The translations under genes were made by a program, and so were the position numbers. From positions 444 through 64,443 of the forward strand of contig LCRO01000006.1 in assembly GCA_001004665.1 (NCBI GenBank): DNA of 64,000 nucleotides, read 5' to 3'. This DNA is from Candidatus Adlerbacteria bacterium GW2011_GWA1_54_10. GTDB lineage: Bacteria; Patescibacteriota; Minisyncoccia; Phycocordibacterales; SBAW01. The notes under the pieces are model-generated. The model ran no database searches. It was not told where the DNA came from and saw only the letters and a program-made list of their open reading frames with translations. This document shows positions 42,350 through 49,310 of this stretch, piece after piece; the first letter of the stretch is position 1; the number at the start of each line of letters is the position of its first letter.

Positions 42350-42562
42350 CGAACACTCAAAATACCCTGTTTTTGTGTTCGGTTTGTTCGGTTTTAGACA
42401 CAAATCGGCGACATTAAGGGGTGTCTAATATGTCTAATCTGACACCTGATTGGCTGTCAGATTTGTAAGGTTTTGGCCTGTCGGGTGTCGGATTTGTCGG
42501 ATTTTGCTCTAAAATTGCGCGCGTGCAATATATCGCTTTTAGTGTGCAATTTGTGCAATTTT
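42350..42562. repeat. Array of four operator-like modules with different cores
   Basis: Tandem 9-bp-period pairs TGTTCGGTT, TGTCTAAT, TGTCGGATT and TGTGCAATT, at least two preceded by an inverted half-site. Confidence 0.7.
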
Positions 42563-42683
42563 GACCCTGACTAGGATACCTCGGCCTGCTATACTGAAAT
42601 CTCCAGAACGATCCTTACGGTGCCTTGCGTGGCAGGGTCTGAGACTAGGATGGGGCACCAATATTTGATACACTGTGACTCAT

Positions 42684-42923
42684 ATGAAAACCGTAACCAT
42701 TTACTCGACGCCGACGTGCCATTTCTGTCACATGGCGCGGGACTTTTTCAACGAGAAGGGAATATCATACATCGACCATGACGTGGCGGCCGACGGGGCG
42801 AAGCGCCAGGAAATGATACAAATGACAGGTCAGCTCGGCGTGCCGGTTATCGTAATAGACGGCGACATTATGGTCGGCTTTGATCGCGCCCGTATTGCTG
42901 ATAAATTGGGGATTGCCGCATAA
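42684..42923 (+). CDS. Glutaredoxin/NrdH-redoxin
   Basis: 'IYSTPTCHFC', 'GQLGVPVI' and 'VGFD' motifs. Confidence 0.93.
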   Translation: MKTVTIYSTPTCHFCHMARDFFNEKGISYIDHDVAADGAKRQEMIQMTGQLGVPVIVIDGDIMVGFDRARIADKLGIAA

Positions 42924-42942
42924 TAAGTCTGCGGCGGCGCGG

Positions 42943-43014
42943 GCCCCCGTAGTTCAATAGATAGAACAGCCCCGTCCTAAGGGGTAGATGTGGGTGCAAT
43001 TCCTGCCGGGGGCG
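42943..43014 (+). tRNA. tRNA-Arg(CCT)
   Basis: Acceptor GCCCCCG/CGGGGGC; arm gcccc-gtCCTaa-ggggt; atypical T-loop TGCAATT. Confidence 0.85.
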
Positions 43015-43038
43015 CAGATAATACAGAGTACACAATCT

Positions 43039-44844
43039 ATGGATGGCCGGAAACAAGAAGCTGTACTTACTTCAAGGAAGCTTGTCGCGGACGGCGCGTA
43101 TGAGGTTTCTTTCGAGCTTTCCGAGTCTATCCAATTTGCGCCGGGACAATATGCCTGGGTAATACTGCCGGAGCTTGCGCATCCCGACCGCCGCGGGAAT
43201 CGCCGGTCCTTCTCTATCATTTCAACGCCTTCCGACGCCAAAAACATTCGCTTTCTTTTCCGTGTTCATTCTCCAAACAGCGGGTATAAAAAGACTCTTC
43301 TTGAGCTTCCGCTCGGCTCGCGCGCGCAAATAGATGCGCCGTTCGGATTACACACTCTGCCCAATGCCACCACAATCATAATGGTGGCCGGAGGCGTGGG
43401 GATTTCCTCTTTCTTAAGCATTATCCGCGACATGGAGGAGCGCGGTGCATGGAGACAACTGACGCTTATTTTCGGCAACTCGTCGCAAAAATCGGCCCCA
43501 TTCCTCGATGAGCTTAGGATGTATGCAAAAAACCGTCCGATTTTTGAACTGCGCGAGGTAGAGGGTTCGATATCGAAAGAACATCTTCCCGTCGGCACGA
43601 CGCCCAAAGACACTCGATGGCTTTTGGCCGGTCCAAAGGAAATGACCAACAAAGTCGCCGCCGTGCTTACGGCCGCGGATATTGACCCTGGCCGCGTGTT
43701 GTGCGAAGAATTCCCTCCGCCGGCTCTCGACAAAGGACTGCCGGTTATCGACGAACAGACTATGTCGGATTCCAATTTTTATAAACTGGCTGTCGAGAAC
43801 GCCTCTAATCACGTAATTTTTACCGATATCGAAGGCACCATAGTGTATTGCAACAAGGCGGCCGAGCACATAACCGGATACACGTTTGAGGAAATGCGCG
43901 GCTCGACGCCGCGCCTGTGGGGAGGTCTTATGGATAAAAATTTTTACGAGCATTTATGGCGGATAATAAAGCGCGAACGCAAGCCGTACTCCGGCAAGAT
44001 AAAGAACAGGAGAAAGAACGGCGAAGTATATACGGTGATCGCACGAATTTCGCCTGTCTTGGGCAGAGACGGCGATCTTATAGGTTTCCTCGGCACCGAA
44101 GAGGACATAACCGACCTGGAGAAAATAGACCAGGCGAAGACCGAGTTTGTCTCGCTTGCGTCGCATCAATTGCGCTCGCCGCTCTCCGTAATCAACTGGT
44201 ACACCGAAATGCTCCTTGGCGAGGGAGTCGGAGGGCTGAACGAGAAGCAAAAGAGGTATTTATCGGAAGTCAAAAATGGGAGCCGGCGAATGACCGAACT
44301 CGTAAAGGATCTGCTTAACGTGTCGCGCCTTGAGCTTGGGACTCTTGTCATAGAACCCCGGCCCGTAAGCCTGCCTGCGCTTATTGCGGAAGCGGTGCAG
44401 GAGCAAGCGCCGGATTTGCATAAGAAAAACATAAAGCTTAACGAATCGTACGCGCCGCAGGTTTCTACATTTCCCGCGGACCCCAAGTTTCTGAAGATAA
44501 TAGTGCAAAACTTGCTGTCCAATGCGGTGAAGTACACCCAGGATGGAGGAGAAGTCAGCGTGCGTACCGAGCTTGCGGACGGGAAGATGGTTCTTTCGGT
44601 TTCAGATACGGGGTATGGCATACCGGAAGATCAACAGCGGAAAATATTCACTAAGCTTTTCCGCGCGCGCAACGTCGTCAAAAAAGACACGGAGGGCTCC
44701 GGCATAGGACTGTATCTGGTGAAGTCCATAGTAGAGCGCTCCGGCGGCTCTATATGGTTTACTTCCAAAGAAGGTGCGGGGACGACGTTTTTTGTGGCGT
44801 TTCCTGCGGAGGGGATGCGCGCTCAGCGGGATGATATAATGTAA
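43039..44844 (+). CDS. FNR-like oxidoreductase-PAS-histidine kinase fusion
   Basis: F.PGQY, RSFSI and AGGVGI (FAD/NAD binding); PAS 'YCN.A.E.ITGY'; ASHQLRSPL, NLLSNAVKY, DTGYGI and GSGIGL. Confidence 0.9.
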   Translation: MDGRKQEAVLTSRKLVADGAYEVSFELSESIQFAPGQYAWVILPELAHPDRRGNRRSFSIISTPSDAKNIRFLFRVHSPNSGYKKTLLELPLGSRAQIDAPFGLHTLPNATTIIMVAGGVGISSFLSIIRDMEERGAWRQLTLIFGNSSQKSAPFLDELRMYAKNRPIFELREVEGSISKEHLPVGTTPKDTRWLLAGPKEMTNKVAAVLTAADIDPGRVLCEEFPPPALDKGLPVIDEQTMSDSNFYKLAVENASNHVIFTDIEGTIVYCNKAAEHITGYTFEEMRGSTPRLWGGLMDKNFYEHLWRIIKRERKPYSGKIKNRRKNGEVYTVIARISPVLGRDGDLIGFLGTEEDITDLEKIDQAKTEFVSLASHQLRSPLSVINWYTEMLLGEGVGGLNEKQKRYLSEVKNGSRRMTELVKDLLNVSRLELGTLVIEPRPVSLPALIAEAVQEQAPDLHKKNIKLNESYAPQVSTFPADPKFLKIIVQNLLSNAVKYTQDGGEVSVRTELADGKMVLSVSDTGYGIPEDQQRKIFTKLFRARNVVKKDTEGSGIGLYLVKSIVERSGGSIWFTSKEGAGTTFFVAFPAEGMRAQRDDIM

Positions 44845-44855
44845 ACCGTTAAACG

Positions 44856-45239
44856 ATGGAATCCGACAAAAATAAAGTCCTGCTTATTGCCGAAGACGAG
44901 CCGTCTCTGCGCTATATATTGCGCGATAAATTGTCCAATATCGGATTTACGGTTTTTGAGGCGGCCGACGGGGAAGAGGGACTTGCGGTGGCCATGAAGG
45001 AACACCCGGACCTTATTTTGCTCGACCTTGTAATGCCGAAGATGGACGGCATCTCGATGCTGAAGAAATTGCGCGAGAGTGATTGGGGCAAGTCGGTCAA
45101 AGTTCTTGTGCTGACGAACCTGGACGAAACGGGTAAAATTTCCGAGGCTGTCGAGCACGGCGCGGAAGAATATTTGATAAAAAGCGACTGGTCCATAGAG
45201 TCAATAGTGGCAAAAATCCGGGAGAAATTCGGCATGTAA
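44856..45239 (+). CDS. Single-domain response regulator
   Basis: 'IAEDE', 'LLDLVMPKMDG' and 'YLIK' motifs. Confidence 0.92.
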   Translation: MESDKNKVLLIAEDEPSLRYILRDKLSNIGFTVFEAADGEEGLAVAMKEHPDLILLDLVMPKMDGISMLKKLRESDWGKSVKVLVLTNLDETGKISEAVEHGAEEYLIKSDWSIESIVAKIREKFGM

Positions 45240-45250
45240 AGCAATTGCGC

Positions 45251-45496
45251 ATGGACCCAGAGATAGAAGAGCTTAAAGAGCTTGCGCGCGCGCAGAGCAG
45301 GATCGCGGAAGACACTAACCGCATCGTGCACAAACTCCATCGCGGCGTCTGGTGGGGAAGGATATGGACATTGCTTTGGTGGGCGGCGGTGCTCGGTATA
45401 GGCGGAGCCACATATTACTACTATCTCGCGCCATATGTGGACCAGATACAGGCACTTTACGGCAACGCCCGCGGAATTTTTGAGAATTTTAGGTAA
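45251..45496 (+). CDS. Hypothetical membrane protein
   Basis: Coiled N-terminus plus one TM segment, 'YYYLAPY'. Confidence 0.65.
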   Translation: MDPEIEELKELARAQSRIAEDTNRIVHKLHRGVWWGRIWTLLWWAAVLGIGGATYYYYLAPYVDQIQALYGNARGIFENFR

Positions 45497-47033
45497 CTGC
45501 CGCGTAGTGATATACTATAAAAAACCGCTTGGGTAGCTCAGTTGGTAGAGCATCTCCCTGAAGAGGAGGGGGTCGCCGGTTCGAGCCCGGCCCCAAGCAC
45601 CACGTTGGAAATGTCAAAGATTCAGATGTCGCCTCGCTTCGCTCGGCGACCAAATCGTATGGATTTTTCGGGGCAAAAAGAAATTCCCGATTCCATGTTG
45701 GCAATTCGGAAAGATTATCTGTCTGAAGGAGATTTGCGGCTTGATTCAAGGATTTTACGAACTCACGAGCCGGTTCGAGCCAAGACAACCCTTTTGTCTC
45801 AAAATCGGTGATTTTCTCGGAAAGCGCGACTTTTTGGAAAATGAGAATATCTTTTTTGGCAGCGTATTCTTTTTGTGTTAGCGTGTCGTCAAGATAGACA
45901 TCAAGTAGCTTTTGAATTCTTGTCTCTACTTGCGATAACTGCTCTTTGAGATTTACCACTTCACTTTGCGCCTGTTCTTTTGCTTGATTTTCTTCCGTAT
46001 CCAAAGCCACCAAAACTTTCTCGGTGTCTTGGCTCGACAAAGAAACTTTTTGAAGGAAGGTTTTGATTTGGGAAACTAACTGATTTTCACCGAGATACTT
46101 TTCTTGGCATACGCCTCGCTTTTTGGTACAGCGATAGTAAGTGTAAATACCGCCATTTCCCTTTGCATATTGAGCAGTAATTGAGCAACCACACGAGGCG
46201 CATTTCATAAGGCCAAGAAAAGCAAAACTATGTTTTCTATCGGGACGTACTTTCCCACGCTTCGTCATAACTTCCTGACATTTATCAAAAAGTTTCTTTG
46301 ATATTAACGGCTCGTGCATTCCCTCAAAAATTTCCCCTTTGTATCTCATCAGTCCAATGTAGAAAGGATTTTGTAGAATATGCTGAACATTGCTCAAGGA
46401 TATTTTGTTATCAGCATTAGTGAGCAGTTTCTTCTTCTCACACCAATTTGCAAGAATGTTGAGAGAATATGCTCCGGTAGCGTACATTTCAAATATCTTT
46501 CTTACTTTAGGAGCTTTTTCTTTATCAACATCGATACCTCTCGTTTTGGCGTTATTTAGATAGCCAACCGGAGCCCAACTTGGCCATACCCCATTTCGTA
46601 TTTTTTGCCGTAGTCCACGCTTCACATTCTCTCGCAAATTGTCCACGAAGTATTTACTTTGCCCAAAAGCAATGTTCAGCATGAATAATCCTTGCGGTGT
46701 AGGTTCAAACCAGAAACAGGGAAATTTGAGAGCACGAATCAAGCCGCGATCCACAAAATGGATAATCTTTCCGCCGTCTACCGAATTTCTTGCAAGACGA
46801 TCCGGATGCCAAGAAACAATGCCATCTGCTTTTCCTTCCTCAATCAATGACAACATTTCTGCGAATTTCATTCGTCCGGGTTCTTTTGCGGTTTTGGCCT
46901 CTTGGAAAGAGGCGACAATTTCAAGTTTTTCTTTTGCGGCAAATTCTTTGAGCTCAACAAGTTGAGCTTCAATCGATAGAACTTGTCGGTCATCTTCTTC
47001 GGTGCTTTTGCGAGCGTATATTATGTATTTCAT
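45489..47033 (-). CDS. Large serine recombinase (resolvase-recombinase-zinc ribbon); 3' end runs antisense through tRNA-Phe
   Basis: YARKS catalytic Ser, DRLARN, C..CG and YYRC motifs, coiled coil; lower GC than flanks. Confidence 0.93.
   Translation of the reverse strand: MKYIIYARKSTEEDDRQVLSIEAQLVELKEFAAKEKLEIVASFQEAKTAKEPGRMKFAEMLSLIEEGKADGIVSWHPDRLARNSVDGGKIIHFVDRGLIRALKFPCFWFEPTPQGLFMLNIAFGQSKYFVDNLRENVKRGLRQKIRNGVWPSWAPVGYLNNAKTRGIDVDKEKAPKVRKIFEMYATGAYSLNILANWCEKKKLLTNADNKISLSNVQHILQNPFYIGLMRYKGEIFEGMHEPLISKKLFDKCQEVMTKRGKVRPDRKHSFAFLGLMKCASCGCSITAQYAKGNGGIYTYYRCTKKRGVCQEKYLGENQLVSQIKTFLQKVSLSSQDTEKVLVALDTEENQAKEQAQSEVVNLKEQLSQVETRIQKLLDVYLDDTLTQKEYAAKKDILIFQKVALSEKITDFETKGLSWLEPAREFVKSLNQAANLLQTDNLSELPTWNREFLFAPKNPYDLVAERSEATSESLTFPTWCLGPGSNRRPPPLQGDALPTELPKRFFIVYHYAAVT
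45527..45602 (+). tRNA. tRNA-Phe(GAA)
   Basis: Acceptor GCTTGGG/CCCAAGC, loop ctGAAga, encoded CCA. Confidence 0.93.
45620..45694. repeat. 75-bp perfect inverted repeat, copy inside the recombinase 3' end
   Basis: Exact reverse complement of 47080..47154. Confidence 0.93.
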
Positions 47034-47079
47034 AGTTTTTGTTAGTTAATGATTGAAATTTTTCTTTTCTGCTTCTAAC

Positions 47080-47154
47080 GGAATCGGGAATTTCTTTTTG
47101 CCCCGAAAAATCCATACGATTTGGTCGCCGAGCGAAGCGAGGCGACATCTGAAT
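47080..47154. repeat. 75-bp inverted repeat, copy upstream of the recombinase start
   Basis: Exact reverse complement of 45620..45694; nested within a 29/30-bp inverted repeat (47048-47077 / 47215-47244). Confidence 0.93.
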
Positions 47155-47356
47155 GCCGCACGAATCAAAACCGCAAAAGAACTTGTTAAAAACATCGGCT
47201 CGAACCATATTTTGTAGAAGCAGAAAAGAAAAATTTTAATCATTTGATTTTTGTTCTCAAGAAGCGGCTTTTAGCCGCTTCTTGACTTTATATATTATTC
47301 TGGTATCATGTGTCATAGTGTTCGGGGAATGAACTGACCTTTGAAAGGAGAATGCG

Positions 47357-47833
47357 ATGGAATACGTGTTTTGGTGGTTTCTTCTCGCCATTCCGTGCTT
47401 TTTTGTTGCTTACTGCAATGGCGCAGACATGAACTTCAGGTTGAACTCTCCCAGCTATGAGGAAGGCTTCTGGAAGTTCTACAAGAACTTCTTCAGTGAT
47501 GGTTTTCGCCTCCTTGTCCACGACTACTTCGGGGTTTACTGTCCATGGAGTTGGGAAAGGGCAAAGAGGCATCGCCTCGCAGATATGCGCACGTATCTCG
47601 GGGCAGACGGACGTTGTCATGATCGCCTTGGCCACATAACCGCGGGGGATTGCGACAATCCCGAAAAACAGGAGGCAATCGCTCGCCACGCCTACATCAG
47701 CCGAACGAAGCAATGGACTGGCGGCGCGTTCAACTTTCTCATCGCACCAATACCAGGCTCGTTCATCATCATCGGCACCGTGATAGCAGGCGTTGTCGAA
47801 CTGGGACGACACCTTATCAACAAGGGTGCGTAA
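47357..47833 (+). CDS. Orphan membrane protein (island cargo)
   Basis: SD AAGGAG, TTGACT/TATCAT promoter-like boxes upstream, N- and C-terminal hydrophobic segments. Confidence 0.7.
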   Translation: MEYVFWWFLLAIPCFFVAYCNGADMNFRLNSPSYEEGFWKFYKNFFSDGFRLLVHDYFGVYCPWSWERAKRHRLADMRTYLGADGRCHDRLGHITAGDCDNPEKQEAIARHAYISRTKQWTGGAFNFLIAPIPGSFIIIGTVIAGVVELGRHLINKGA

Positions 47834-48107
47834 CGCTCACGGTGAGTTTCTCATCAAGGCGCACGACCTACGGGTACGGCGCTTTTCTTTTTTATAAATC
47901 AAAGAACAAAGAATTTGCCGCCAAAGCAGTAAATTTTTCAATCCATTTTTAATTGAAAAATTTACTGAAATGAGTTAATCTTAACTCATTAGAAAAACTT
48001 GAAATTGTCAGCGGTGCGGCTCCGCCGCCTTTCCGGATTTTCGCGGGGGAACTTCCTCGCCGCCGCAGGCGGCGAAAGCGGTTCGGACTAATTCAAGAAT
48101 AGAGCAC

Positions 48108-48614
48108 TTAATTTGATTTGACTTTGAGTTTTGCCTGGCGGCCCTTGTCGACTTTAGGGAGTCGGATGACAAGGAGGCCATGCTTTTCGCTTGCCTCGGC
48201 GTCCTCTATCTCGACCTCCTGCGGCAGGACTACCGTGCGGGTGAACGAGCCCCAGTAAAGCTCCTGGAAGAAAAAGTCGCCGTTCGTGCCCTCGGTATGG
48301 CGCTCGCGCTTGCCGCGTATGGTAACCATGTCGCGCGTTATCGAAATATCAAGGTCCTCGGGGCGGACTCCGGCTATCATGGCCTTTATGACTATATGCG
48401 TCGGCGTTTGATAGACATCCACGGCAAGTTCTCCCGCCAGGTCCTCCTCTTCTATCTCCGCAGGCGCCGGAGCGGCCTTTTCTTTTTTTGTTCCGCGCGC
48501 GGGCGCCTGGGGCGTCCGCGCGAAAGACGAGCCGCCCTGCTCGAGCTCGTCGAGCCCCCAGTCATCGTCTCCCTGGCTCCCTGTCAGCCACTCGAATAAA
48601 GATTTTCTCGCCAT
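48108..48614 (-). CDS. Hsp20/alpha-crystallin family protein
   Basis: 'LAVDVYQT', 'IAGV.PED' and 'QELYWGSF.R..LP' motifs. Confidence 0.92.
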   Translation of the reverse strand: MARKSLFEWLTGSQGDDDWGLDELEQGGSSFARTPQAPARGTKKEKAAPAPAEIEEEDLAGELAVDVYQTPTHIVIKAMIAGVRPEDLDISITRDMVTIRGKRERHTEGTNGDFFFQELYWGSFTRTVVLPQEVEIEDAEASEKHGLLVIRLPKVDKGRQAKLKVKSN

Positions 48615-48621
48615 AAAATTG

Positions 48622-49308
48622 TCAGCAGTAGTCTCGGCTTGGCTGTTTGATCCGTTCCGTCATCAGAAATACTCCGACGATCCCGACCCAGATGACCAAA
48701 AACATCCAGAATGTCGCGCCGCTACCTTCTTGAAGTATAAAAAAATTAAAGACGAGGTGCAAGAAAATCGCTAGGATAACTCCTGCGAGCGCATAGAGTT
48801 TCCGCTCTAAAGCAGGCTTGTAATAGGAGAGTGCGAGAGAAAGCCCGACTGTGGCCGATGCCAGCGTATGGAGGAGCGTCGCGCCGACGAAGCGCAGATC
48901 GCCCATTACAACGGAACGCAGAATATCGCCTTGCTGGAGCGGCGTAATAAGAAAAAACGTGTTTTCCAGCGCAGCAAACCCAAGTGCCGCCGTCACCAGG
49001 TAGATGAGCGCGTCCAGCGGCTCGTCGAAAGCCCGCGAGCGCAGTGCCCCTATATAGGCCGCGCCGAATTTAAATATCTCCTCCAGCGCCGCCCACGCCA
49101 AAAGAAGCACGGTGCCGGAATAATATTGCATAGCCTGCCGCTCGAGTGGTAATACGAGCGGCACCGCCGCCATGCCTGCGAGGAACGCAAAAATTATGTA
49201 GCGCCGCGGCTCGGGCTCGCATCTGTCCTCGCGGAGCCAGAAAAAGAGCCAAAGAAGCGCGGGAAGCACTCCTCCTATCACGGCTACAAAGATCAGCGGA
49301 TCGGCCAC
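48622..49308 (-). CDS. PrsW family intramembrane metalloprotease
   Basis: 'EE..K', 'LGFAALEN', 'LLH' and 'LH..FN' motifs. Confidence 0.88.
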   Translation of the reverse strand: MADPLIFVAVIGGVLPALLWLFFWLREDRCEPEPRRYIIFAFLAGMAAVPLVLPLERQAMQYYSGTVLLLAWAALEEIFKFGAAYIGALRSRAFDEPLDALIYLVTAALGFAALENTFFLITPLQQGDILRSVVMGDLRFVGATLLHTLASATVGLSLALSYYKPALERKLYALAGVILAIFLHLVFNFFILQEGSGATFWMFLVIWVGIVGVFLMTERIKQPSRDYC

Positions 49309-49310
49309 CT

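Larger units (their letters stand above)
45596..48107 (-). mobile_element. ~2.5-kb genomic island integrated at the tRNA-Phe 3' end
   Basis: AGCAC core at 45596 and 48103; the distal end encodes an alternative tail CSILELVRTAF on the minus strand; AT-richer than flanks. Confidence 0.7.

Noticed and set aside
42350-42562. Possible CRISPR array
   Set aside because: There is no constant 23-47-bp repeat with unique spacers, and no cas genes.
42618-42650. TPP riboswitch (GGTGC...CTGAGA)
   Set aside because: It lacks the downstream ACCTG/TAAT/GCG core, and the downstream gene is a glutaredoxin.
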